DNA from: an uncultured Acidobacteriota bacterium
GTDB taxonomy: Bacteria; Acidobacteriota; Thermoanaerobaculia; UBA5066; Gp7-AA6
Direction: 5' to 3'
Assembly: GCA_963837495.1 (NCBI GenBank)
Contig: CAWINF010000001.1
Span: 1,289,843-1,353,842 of the forward strand
Length of the DNA stretch: 64,000 nucleotides
A program made the position numbers and the translations under genes. This document shows, piece after piece, positions 1 to 8,354 of the stretch (position 1 is its first letter; each line of letters opens with the position of its first letter). The notes beneath the pieces were generated by a model that did no database searches, had not been told where the DNA came from, and saw only the letters and a list, made by a program, of their open reading frames with translations.

Positions 1-545
1 GAGAGACGACTTCCGTCGCCAACGACCGCTTCGTGGGATTCGACTGGGCGCTCTGGCTGCCCGATGGAAAGCGAATCGTGTTCTCCGCCGCAGAGAAGGA
101 GCGCCCGCCGCGTCTCTATGTCCGGGACCTCCAGGGGGGCAAAGAGCGGGCGATCAGCCCCGAGGGAGTCACTCTCCAGGAGACTGCCAGGACCGTTTCG
201 CCCGACGGCAAGTCGGTGCTCGCGTTTTCAGGAAATGGCAAGGGCTTTCTCTTTCCGATCGAGGGAGGAGATCCCCGGCCGGTCACTGGCTTGAATCCGG
301 GTGACAGGCCAATCCAATGGACGGCGGACGGGGGTTTCCTCTACGTCGTTCGCCGGGAAGAGGTGCCGGTCCACATCTGGGTGCTCGATCCGGCGACCGG
401 CAGCCGAACGCTCTTCAAGGAGGTCTCTCCGGCGGAGCCGACGCAAAACGTCTCTTATTTTCTCATCACGCCGAACGGCCAGTCCTACACCTACAACTAT
501 CAACGGGCCCTCTCCGACCTCTACCTGGTCGAGGGACTGAGATGA
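1..545 (+). CDS. C-terminal beta-propeller region of a Ser/Thr protein kinase / TolB-like protein; the 5' end is cut by the window
   Basis: The frame is open from position 3 with no upstream stop. The C-terminus '...SYTYNYQRALSDLYLVEGLR' matches the tails of the 2150..4741 and 10477..13053 kinases ('YLIEGLK', 'YLVEGLK'). It carries WD40/TolB-like repeat motifs (DGK..., SPDGK). Confidence 0.65.
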   Translation, partial: ETTSVANDRFVGFDWALWLPDGKRIVFSAAEKERPPRLYVRDLQGGKERAISPEGVTLQETARTVSPDGKSVLAFSGNGKGFLFPIEGGDPRPVTGLNPGDRPIQWTADGGFLYVVRREEVPVHIWVLDPATGSRTLFKEVSPAEPTQNVSYFLITPNGQSYTYNYQRALSDLYLVEGLR

Positions 546-559
546 CAGCGCGCCGCACG

Positions 560-2140
560 CCCGCTGTCATCCTGATATGGAATGACCCTTGTCAAGCGAG
601 AAGTTGGTCAAGGGGTTTTGCCCCGATGGTTTTTCCAGGAGACGGAGGCGGCAGAGAGGGCAGGGCGCTTCGACGAGGAGGCACTCTGATATTCGCGGAT
701 TGCTTCCTTGCGGGAAGTAGAGCCAGCATGACAGTGCTTCGTCGGGAGGGGCCGCTGTCTGAGAGCGCGAGTTAGGGAGCAGGAGCTCCCGTATCGCAAG
801 GATGACTCGCGGATTCTCCTTTTCGTGCCTGATCTCATCTGCCGTCTTCGTCTCCTGTGGTATTTCAGTTCGGGTACTACGGTGGCTGTTTGGTTGCTAC
901 GCTGCCTGACGCCGGATCGCGGAGGATTCGTGCAAGGCCGCCCAGACGAAGCCGACGAGTTCTCGAGCGACGGCCACGATCAGCTTGCTGTAGGGCTTTC
1001 TTCGAAGGAACAGGAAGCGATACCGGCGATAGAGCCGCTGCTGAGCCTTGTCGGCCAGAGCGATGATCGAGGCGGGTTTGCCCTCTCGCCGCTTGCGCAG
1101 GCTGGCTCCCACCGAAGGACTGTGCCGGTACTGATGAGCGGCTTCGACGAGGACCCGGCGCACGTGCGCGTTGCCGGCCCTGGTGATGCTGCCGCGGGAG
1201 ACCTTCTCGGAACTGCTGTGCTCGCTGGGGACCATCCCCAGATACGCCATCAGCTGCCGCGGCGAGGTGAAGCGCTCGATGCCGTGCAGCTCGGCGACGA
1301 TCGTCATCGCCGTGACCGTGCTGATGCCCCGGAAGCAGACCAGTGCCCCGACCGCCATGAAGTAGGGCTCCTTCTGTGCGAAGACCTCCAACTGCGCCGT
1401 CAGATCCGCCAGTCGGCTCTGCGCCTGATCGACCGCCAGAAGATAGTCGCTGAAGACCACCCGATCCGCTTCCTGCTCCCAGCGGATCGCCCGCATCCAT
1501 CGGCGATGGCTCAACGTCCAGTTGCTCCTGCCCGGGCCAAACAGATAACCCCGCCGCAAGAGCAGCTTGCCCAGCCGGTGCCGGCACCGGGCCAGATCCT
1601 CCAGGACATCCTCACGGCAGCGGACGAGGTCTCGCACTGCCTCCTCCTCGACCGTCGGCGGCCGGACCTCCGTCAAGAGCCCCGCCTTAAACAGCTCCAC
1701 CAGCTTGCGGGCATCCCGTCGGTCCGTCTTGATCCGCTGCCCGGGCTTGACCGGGATCAAAGACGGCGCCACCACCACGCACCGCACGCCCATCGCCTCG
1801 ATCTGCCGCTGCAGCGCGTAGCCGCACGGCCCTGCCTCGTAGCAGAAAACCACCTCCCCGCCCGCCTCTCGCTGCGCCTTCCTCACCATCCGCTTGATCG
1901 CCGCAGGCTCGTTGACCACCTCCCACTCGGTGTAGCCCGGCTGGCCCGCGTAAAGCGCCGCCACTGCGAAAAACCTCTTGCTCGTATCCATCGCCACGTA
2001 ACTGGTACCTTTACTCATGACCGGCTCCTTTCGTATGCGGCTCTGACACGCCACGTGTTAACCCGCGATTTTGCGACCGCGAGCCGGTCATTTCCATATT
2101 GTCTGAGCGAAGCGAGGGGCGGGATTGGTGATTCTGTGAC
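560..2140 (-). mobile_element. IS110-family insertion sequence; boundaries approximate because IS110 elements lack clear terminal inverted repeats
   Basis: A single DEDD-type transposase gene sits between two paralogous kinase genes. About 350 bp of non-coding flank lies on one side and about 130 bp on the other. Ends cannot be fixed from sequence alone. Confidence 0.4.
897..2018 (-). CDS. IS110 family transposase (DEDD N-terminal catalytic domain plus Transposase_20 C-terminal domain)
   Basis: The ORF has the 'MDTSKRFFAVAA...KTDRRDARKL' N-terminal domain and the '...GISTVTAMTIVAELHGIERFTSPRQLMAYLGMVPSEHSSSEKVSRGSITRAGNAHVRRVL' C-terminal domain. Both are typical of IS110/IS1111 transposases. 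The likely start is MSKGTSY at 2018; the track ORF begins 12 codons further upstream. Confidence 0.85.
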   Translation of the reverse strand: MSKGTSYVAMDTSKRFFAVAALYAGQPGYTEWEVVNEPAAIKRMVRKAQREAGGEVVFCYEAGPCGYALQRQIEAMGVRCVVVAPSLIPVKPGQRIKTDRRDARKLVELFKAGLLTEVRPPTVEEEAVRDLVRCREDVLEDLARCRHRLGKLLLRRGYLFGPGRSNWTLSHRRWMRAIRWEQEADRVVFSDYLLAVDQAQSRLADLTAQLEVFAQKEPYFMAVGALVCFRGISTVTAMTIVAELHGIERFTSPRQLMAYLGMVPSEHSSSEKVSRGSITRAGNAHVRRVLVEAAHQYRHSPSVGASLRKRREGKPASIIALADKAQQRLYRRYRFLFLRRKPYSKLIVAVARELVGFVWAALHESSAIRRQAA

Positions 2141-2149
2141 TGGTGATTT

Positions 2150-4741
2150 GTGATCAGCGCGGGTTCGAAGTTTGGCGCGTACGAGATTCTCGCGCCGCTC
2201 GGGGCGGGAGGGATGGGGGAGGTATATCGGGCGAGGGACCCGCGGCTCGGGCGCGAGGTGGCCCTGAAGGTGCTTCCGGAAGAGGTTTCCAAGGACCGGG
2301 ACCGCCTCGGGCGATTCGAGCAGGAGGCGCGGGCCGCGTCGGCCCTGAACCATCCCAACATCATCACGATCTACGAAATCGGCCAGGCAAATTCGACCGC
2401 CTTTATCGCGATGGAGCTGGTGGACGGAAGGACTCTGCGCGAGATTTCTCTGCCGGACCCGTTGCCGGTCCGCCGGGTGATTGGCATTGCCGCGCAGGTC
2501 GCCGAGGGACTGGCCAAGGCGCATTCGACCGGGATCGTTCACCGTGACCTGAAGCCGGAGAACCTGATGGTCTCCAGGGACGGCTATGTGAAGATCCTGG
2601 ACTTCGGCCTGGCCAAGCTCGCGGAGCCGGAATCGGGCGAACTCTCGGCCATGCCGACGCTGGCCCGGCCGGAGACCCATCCGGGCACGATTCTCGGGAC
2701 TGTCAGCTACATGTCGCCTGAGCAGGCGAGCGGCCAGCCTCTGGACTTTCGCTCCGATCAGTTCTCGCTGGGTTCGATCCTCTACGAGATTACGACGGGG
2801 CGTAAGGCCTTCGTGAGAAAGACCGCGGCCGAGACGATGTCGGCCATCATCCGCGAGGAGCCCGAACCGCTCGTCAAGCTCCGTCCCGAGGTTCCACCGC
2901 CCCTGCGATGGATCATCGAACGCTGCTTGTCCAAGGATCCCGAGGAGCGCTACGCCTCGACGCGCGACCTGGCCCGGGACCTGGCGGGCGTGCGGGACCA
3001 CATCTCCGAGGTCTCCGGCGGCGTCGAGGCCTTCGTCGCTGCGCCGGCGCCGCCGCGACGGCGCCTTGTGCCGCTTCTCCTCGCCGCGGGAATTCTCGCC
3101 GCCGGCATCGCCGCGGGCGTTCTGGCCGTGAAGGGTTTGTCGAAGCCGCCGGCCCGGGCTCCGTTGTTTCATCGGCTGACCTTCCGCCGCGGTGTTATCG
3201 CCAACGCCCGGTTTGCTCCGGACGGCCAGACGATCGTCTACGGCGCGCGCTGGGTCGGGGAACTGAATCGGATGTACCTGACGCGCTCGGACAGCCCGGA
3301 GTCGCGGCCTTTCGATTTCCCGCTCGCCGACATTCTTGCGATCTCTTCTTCGGGGGAGATGGCGATATTGCTCGCGAACGGACCGGTGGGAGTTCTCGCC
3401 CGCGCTCCGCTGACCGGCGGAGCCCCCCGCGAAGTCCTCGAGGGAGTTCTCTACGCCGGCGCGGACTGGGCTCCCGACGGGAAGGACCTCGTGATCGCGC
3501 ACCAGGTGGCCAATCGTGCCCGGCTGGAGTACCCGATCGGGAAGACGATCCTGGAATCCAGGGAAGAGGGTTTTTCCTCTCCCCGGTTTTCGCCCGGAGG
3601 AGATCAGATCGCCTTCTATCAGTCGGACAACTCCGGCAGCGCCTCTCTGGCCGTCGTGAAGACCTCGGGGAAGGAGAAACGGACACTGTTCGGCGGATTT
3701 GTGGATATCGCCGGGGCGCCGTGCTGGACGCCCGACGGCCGCGAGATCTGGATCACCGCCGTGCGACCCGGTGAGAGCCCCGCGCTCTACGCGGTGGACC
3801 TCGCGGGAAAGCGCCGGCTCGTCGCGCGCGCGCCGGGATCACTGGAGCTCGACGATATTTCCCGCGATGGACGCGTGCTCGCCGCTCACCACACCGTCGT
3901 TCAAATCCTGAATGGACTCGTCGCGGGAGAAGAAAAGGAGCGCGATCTTTCCTGGCTCGACGGGTCAATCCCGGCGGACCTATCGCCGGACGGGAAAACG
4001 CTCGTGTTCACAGAGATCGCGGAGGGAAGCGGAGGAAGACCCTCGGTCTATCTGCGCCGGACTGACGGTTCGCCCGCCCTGCGCCTGGGGGAAGGCAAGG
4101 CGATCGCGCTTTCTCCCGACGGCAAGACCGTTCTCGCCTGGGTCCATCCAGCCGGCGAGAAACCGCATCTGGTCCTCCTGCCCACCGGCGCCGGCGAGAC
4201 GAGAACTCTCCAGAACGACGGCCTGGAGTCCTTCGGAGGAGGAGGCGGCTGGCTGCCCGACGGGAAGCGGATCGTGTTCACGGCGATCGAGAAAGGCCAC
4301 AGGCCCCGCGTCTACATCCAGGACATCGAGAAGGGCGCCGCGAGGCCGATCACCCCGGAGGGAACAGTGGTCCGGGCCGCGACAGATCCGGTCTCGCCCG
4401 ATGGGAAGCTCGTCTTCGGATTGGATTCGGCCGGGAAGGCTTCGCTCCACGCCATCGAGGGAGGAGAAGCGCTTCCTGTCGCTGGCCTGGAAGCGGGAGA
4501 GGTCCCGGTCCAGTGGGAGTCCGCCGGCCGTTCCCTCTATGTCTACAGGCGCGGAGGGGTTCCCAACAAGGTCTGGCTGCTCGATCCCTCGAGCGGGGCT
4601 CGCCGCCCCTGGCGCGACATCTCGCCGCCGGAGTCGGTGAAGTTGATCGCACGGCTCCTGATCGCGCGGGACGGCAAGTCCTACGCCTACGGGGTCCAGC
4701 GCGTTCTTTCCGAGCTGTACCTGATCGAGGGGCTGAAGTGA
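2150..4741 (+). CDS. Receptor-like Ser/Thr protein kinase: N-terminal kinase domain, one TM helix, C-terminal TolB/WD40-like beta-propeller
   Basis: Kinase motifs [33 protein letters not shown] and SPEQ are present. A hydrophobic stretch 'LVPLLLAAGILAAGIAAGVLAV' follows the kinase domain. The rest carries repeated 'SPDGK/ APDG' propeller motifs. It is a paralog of 10477..13053. Confidence 0.9.
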   Translation: MISAGSKFGAYEILAPLGAGGMGEVYRARDPRLGREVALKVLPEEVSKDRDRLGRFEQEARAASALNHPNIITIYEIGQANSTAFIAMELVDGRTLREISLPDPLPVRRVIGIAAQVAEGLAKAHSTGIVHRDLKPENLMVSRDGYVKILDFGLAKLAEPESGELSAMPTLARPETHPGTILGTVSYMSPEQASGQPLDFRSDQFSLGSILYEITTGRKAFVRKTAAETMSAIIREEPEPLVKLRPEVPPPLRWIIERCLSKDPEERYASTRDLARDLAGVRDHISEVSGGVEAFVAAPAPPRRRLVPLLLAAGILAAGIAAGVLAVKGLSKPPARAPLFHRLTFRRGVIANARFAPDGQTIVYGARWVGELNRMYLTRSDSPESRPFDFPLADILAISSSGEMAILLANGPVGVLARAPLTGGAPREVLEGVLYAGADWAPDGKDLVIAHQVANRARLEYPIGKTILESREEGFSSPRFSPGGDQIAFYQSDNSGSASLAVVKTSGKEKRTLFGGFVDIAGAPCWTPDGREIWITAVRPGESPALYAVDLAGKRRLVARAPGSLELDDISRDGRVLAAHHTVVQILNGLVAGEEKERDLSWLDGSIPADLSPDGKTLVFTEIAEGSGGRPSVYLRRTDGSPALRLGEGKAIALSPDGKTVLAWVHPAGEKPHLVLLPTGAGETRTLQNDGLESFGGGGGWLPDGKRIVFTAIEKGHRPRVYIQDIEKGAARPITPEGTVVRAATDPVSPDGKLVFGLDSAGKASLHAIEGGEALPVAGLEAGEVPVQWESAGRSLYVYRRGGVPNKVWLLDPSSGARRPWRDISPPESVKLIARLLIARDGKSYAYGVQRVLSELYLIEGLK

Positions 4742-4762
4742 TTTGTCATCGCCCGCAGGGGC

Positions 4763-5242
4763 TCAAGCGGCGGTTCCCGGCCTTCCCCAGCCGTCGCGGA
4801 ACTCGTTGCGGCGCCTCCAGACATATCGGAGGATCACGAGGTTGACGATCAGAATCAGATAGCGGCGCAAGCCCGATGGTTTTTGGAAGATCTCGTAAAC
4901 CTCGAGCGGAATGCCGAGCGCCGTCAGCACGATCGTGAAGTAGGTGGACCACCAGACGCGCGCCGCCAGCAGCGTCGCCTCGGTTCCGAAGACGGCCCCG
5001 ACGAAGAGAGAGGCGACGCCGATCCCGACCGCCCAGCCGGGTGTCAGGCGGGAGACGACCCTCACCAGCTCGTTTTCCGGAGAGGAGCGGAAAAAGCGCG
5101 CGACCTCCTCCGCCGTGGGAAATGGATCCGCCCTCGAGAGACTCAACGCAGCGATCCCGACGAGCAGAAACACCACCGCCTTGAAGTACTTGAAGGCGAT
5201 GATCGCGAGGAATCCCCCCGACAGCTTGTTCTGATCGCGCAT
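4763..5242 (-). CDS. Small integral membrane protein (DUF2127-like)
   Basis: The 159-aa ORF has four hydrophobic helices (FLAIIAFKYFKAVVFLLVGIAAL...). It sits convergent to the kinase gene. Confidence 0.5.
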   Translation of the reverse strand: MRDQNKLSGGFLAIIAFKYFKAVVFLLVGIAALSLSRADPFPTAEEVARFFRSSPENELVRVVSRLTPGWAVGIGVASLFVGAVFGTEATLLAARVWWSTYFTIVLTALGIPLEVYEIFQKPSGLRRYLILIVNLVILRYVWRRRNEFRDGWGRPGTAA

Positions 5243-5345
5243 TCGTTTCGGGTTCCGCCTTCACGATCCTATCCGGTTCGATGTTTTCGCAGCCTCTCGC
5301 GCGCTTCATGATTTGATTGTGCGTTCTCAGGCGGGGAGGCGGTGC

Positions 5346-6353
5346 ATGGTCAAGACGTTGCTGGCGTGGCTACTGGCGGCGGTTGCGATGGGTGCGGCGG
5401 AGCGGCCCCTCCTCGTCTACCGTCCGGCGCACGAGGAATTGAAATACACCTTCGGAGGGGCGGCGCCCGCGCGGCGCATCCAGCCGGGCACGCGCATCGT
5501 GTCGTGGACGGAGGACTGTTACGACGGGGCGGTGACGAAGCCGGGCCAGATGCCGTCGAAGGTCCAGCTTCCCGGCCATGACAACCCGCAGACCGGACCC
5601 TTCTATGTCGAAGGAGCGGAGCCGGGCGACACTCTCGCGATCCACATCGAGAAGCTGGAGCCGGCGCGCGAGTACGGGATCTCCTCTTCGTTTCCGGGCT
5701 TCGGCGCCTTGAACGGCACCGACCGCACCGCGATTCTGGGCGCGGACCTGCCCGAGACCGTCTGGTTCTACCAGGTGGACAAAGCCCGGGGTGTCGCGAG
5801 GACGCGCTCGCAGAACGGGAAGCTTTCCTGGGAAGTCCCGCTCGCCCCGTTTCTGGGCTGCCTCGGCGTCGCGCCGTCCAATGGAGAAGTGCGCTCGACG
5901 ATCGTTCCGGACGACTTCGGCGGCAACATGGACTGTCCCGAGGTGCGCGCCGGCAACACGGTCTATCTTGGCGTGCGGGTGCCGGGGGCCCTGCTCTCCT
6001 TCGGCGACGGGCACTTCGCCATGGGCGATGGAGAAATCATCGGGACGGCGATCGAAGGCGCGATGAACGTCGAGCTGACGGTGGACCTCGTCAAGAAGCG
6101 ACTGACGCCCTGGCCTCGAATCGAGAACCGGGAATGGATGATGTCGCTCGGCGCGTCGCGGCCGCTCGAGGACGCCGCCCGGATCGCCTTCAAGGACATG
6201 GTCGCCTGGGTGCGCGAGAAGACCGGCCTGTCCGAGATGGACGCGTACGAGTTCGTCTCGCAGACCGCGCGCGCGCCGATCGTCGAGATGGTGGACCCGC
6301 AGTACACCGTCCTCGTCAAGATCGAGAAGAGCCGCCTGCCGGCCGCCCGTTGA
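5346..6353 (+). CDS. Acetamidase/formamidase (FmdA_AmdA) family protein with a predicted signal peptide
   Basis: The hallmark 'GDGHFAMGDGEI' and 'DCPEVRAGN' motifs are present. The N-terminus 'MVKTLLAWLLAAVAMGAAE' looks like a signal peptide. A GGGAGG Shine-Dalgarno lies 9 nt before ATG 5346. Confidence 0.8.
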   Translation: MVKTLLAWLLAAVAMGAAERPLLVYRPAHEELKYTFGGAAPARRIQPGTRIVSWTEDCYDGAVTKPGQMPSKVQLPGHDNPQTGPFYVEGAEPGDTLAIHIEKLEPAREYGISSSFPGFGALNGTDRTAILGADLPETVWFYQVDKARGVARTRSQNGKLSWEVPLAPFLGCLGVAPSNGEVRSTIVPDDFGGNMDCPEVRAGNTVYLGVRVPGALLSFGDGHFAMGDGEIIGTAIEGAMNVELTVDLVKKRLTPWPRIENREWMMSLGASRPLEDAARIAFKDMVAWVREKTGLSEMDAYEFVSQTARAPIVEMVDPQYTVLVKIEKSRLPAAR

Positions 6354-7084
6354 GCTCCACGCAACTGTTCCTGTCCGCGGCGATCCTCGTGGCCGCCGTT
6401 CTCTATTCTTCGGTCGGCCACGGCGGCGCCTCGGCGTATCTCGCCGTGATGTCGCTCGCGGGACTCGCGCCGCCGGTGATGCGCCCGTCGGCGCTGGTCT
6501 TGAACCTGGTCGTCGCGGCGATCTCCGCTATCCGTTTCGCGCGCGCGGGACACTTCCACTGGCGCCTCTTCTGGCCTTTCGCGGCGACTTCGATCCCCTT
6601 TGCGTTTTTGGGTGGAGCCATCACGCTGCCCGATGTCGTTTACAGGCGCGTCCTCGGTCTCGTCCTTCTCTTTGCGGCGTACCGGCTCTGGCGCATCTTC
6701 CGAGGAGACGCGCAGAAGCTCCATACGCCGCCGCCTGCGGCCGCTCTCCTCTGGGGAGCCGGGATCGGGATGCTCTCGGGACTGACGGGCGTGGGCGGCG
6801 GCATCTTCCTGAGTCCTCTTCTGCTTCTGGCGCACTGGGCGGAGCCCAAGCCGACGGCCGCCGTCTCCGCCGCGTTCATCTGGGTCAATTCCTTCGCGGG
6901 ACTCCTCGGAAAGCCCTCGAGCCTGGCCGCGGTCCCGAGCGGCATCGCGCTCTGGGCTCTGGCCGCCGCCGCGGGAGGGATCATCGGCGCGGGCCTGGGG
7001 AGCCGCCGTCTCCCGAGCCTCGTCCTGAGGAGGCTCCTCGCCGCCGTCCTCGTCGTCGCCGGCGGCAAACTCCTATTTTCCTGA
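6350..7084 (+). CDS. TauE/SafE (DUF81) family anion exporter permease
   Basis: The protein is polytopic and glycine-rich ('GHGGASAYLAVM', 'LTGVGGGIFLSPLLLL'). A TTG start at 6350 overlaps the formamidase stop (TTGA). The exact start is uncertain. Confidence 0.65.
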   Translation: MSSTQLFLSAAILVAAVLYSSVGHGGASAYLAVMSLAGLAPPVMRPSALVLNLVVAAISAIRFARAGHFHWRLFWPFAATSIPFAFLGGAITLPDVVYRRVLGLVLLFAAYRLWRIFRGDAQKLHTPPPAAALLWGAGIGMLSGLTGVGGGIFLSPLLLLAHWAEPKPTAAVSAAFIWVNSFAGLLGKPSSLAAVPSGIALWALAAAAGGIIGAGLGSRRLPSLVLRRLLAAVLVVAGGKLLFS

Positions 7085-7100
7085 TCCCTTCGCGCTTTCA

Positions 7101-7238
7101 TGTCATCCTGAGCGCAGCGAAGGATCTGCTATGGTCGAAGAGGGCAGATCCTTCCTTCGTCGCGTGGCTCCTCAGGACCGCTTCGCTCGCGCCGTCGCCA
7201 TTAGCGGCTATGGCGCGTCGGCGACCTCAGGATGACAG
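7101..7238. repeat. Palindromic REP/MITE-like structured element in a convergent intergenic region
   Basis: The outer inverted repeat is tgtcatcctgag (7101-7112) paired with ctcaggatgaca (7227-7238). A nested inverted repeat gaaggatctgc (7120-7130) pairs with gcagatccttc (7144-7154). The core 'GTCATCCTGAGCGCAGCGAAGGATCTGC' resembles a widely dispersed bacterial repeat family. Confidence 0.45.
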
Positions 7239-7256
7239 CAAGAAGAAGCCGATCGC

Positions 7257-8354
7257 CTACGGTCGAATCACGCCCTTGACGACAGCGAGACGCTCCATGT
7301 CTTCGAGAGCCTGACCGGCTTCTTCCAGGCGGTATTCGCGCGTGATCAGGTCGCGCCAGCAAAATCGGGAGTTGTGCCGGGCCATCATCTGCAGGGCGCG
7401 GTGGAGGTGCGTGAACTCGTAGCCCCAGCAGCCCAGGATCGTGGCGTGCTTGCGGTTGATGTTGCGATGCGGGTTGAGATTGACGTCACCGGCATCGGTG
7501 TACTGGCCGACGACGACGCAGCGGCCGGCGTCGCGCAGCATCTCCAGTCCTTCGGGAACCGCGGCGGGATTGCCCGAGGCCTCGATGACGACGTCGGCGC
7601 CGCGGCCCGAGGTGCGGCCCCGCACCCACGCAACGCGGTCCGCGGCGCTCGCAACCTCCGTGATGTCCAGGACGTCGTGAACGCCGAGCCTCCTTGCCGC
7701 TTCCAATCTCGCCTTCGGCGCGCCGACGACGAAAACGCGCAGGGCGCCGGCCAGTTGCGCGAAGATGGCGGCGTTTAACCCGACCGGGCCGCTCCCCTGA
7801 ACGACCACCGTGTCGCCCAGAGCGATGCCCGCGCGCTCGACCGCGTGGAAGCCCGTCGGCAGGCCGCAGCCGCCGCCCATGAAATCTTCCGCACCGATTC
7901 CTTCGGGCAGCGGCAGCACCCTGACTCCCGGGAGGATCTCGATCCGCTGCGCCCAGCCTCCGAGCAGTCCGTCCTCGGCCGACGTCGTGATGCCGTAAAC
8001 GCGCCGATGCGGACAACGCGTGGCGGCCTTCGCAATCAGGCAGTGCCAGCAGTTGCCGCACGTGCCGAAGACGTCGAAGAACGTCACGAGTGTTCCGGTT
8101 TCGATGGACCGCCCTTCAACGTCGAGGAGCGGGCCGTTTGTCTCGAGGACGCGGCCGCAGTTGACGTGCCCCGGAATGATCGGGTACGGCACGCCGGAGA
8201 GGCGGCCGTGCCGGAGATGAACGTCCGTCCCACAGACCTCGGTGGCGACGGTCTCGAGCACCGCGCCGCCCGGCTTCGCTTCGGGAGCCGGAAAGCTGCG
8301 GCGCTCCAGCGCAAGACCCGCCCCCGGCATGACGATCGCCTCGACCGTTTCCAT
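7257..8354 (-). CDS. Zinc-dependent alcohol dehydrogenase (MDR superfamily)
   Basis: Catalytic Zn ligands 'CGTDVH' and the structural-Zn Cys cluster 'CGNCWHCLIAKAATRC' are present. The 'GSGPVG' Rossmann motif is present. The start METVEA (ATG at 8354-8352) overlaps the upstream symporter stop (ATGA). Confidence 0.85.
   Translation of the reverse strand: METVEAIVMPGAGLALERRSFPAPEAKPGGAVLETVATEVCGTDVHLRHGRLSGVPYPIIPGHVNCGRVLETNGPLLDVEGRSIETGTLVTFFDVFGTCGNCWHCLIAKAATRCPHRRVYGITTSAEDGLLGGWAQRIEILPGVRVLPLPEGIGAEDFMGGGCGLPTGFHAVERAGIALGDTVVVQGSGPVGLNAAIFAQLAGALRVFVVGAPKARLEAARRLGVHDVLDITEVASAADRVAWVRGRTSGRGADVVIEASGNPAAVPEGLEMLRDAGRCVVVGQYTDAGDVNLNPHRNINRKHATILGCWGYEFTHLHRALQMMARHNSRFCWRDLITREYRLEEAGQALEDMERLAVVKGVIRP

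Noticed and set aside
546-620. Possible intrinsic terminator after the first kinase gene (cccttg…caaggg then GTTTTG)
   Set aside because: The stem is short (6 bp) and imperfect, and the loop is long (17 nt). The U-tract is weak. This is not enough to call it.
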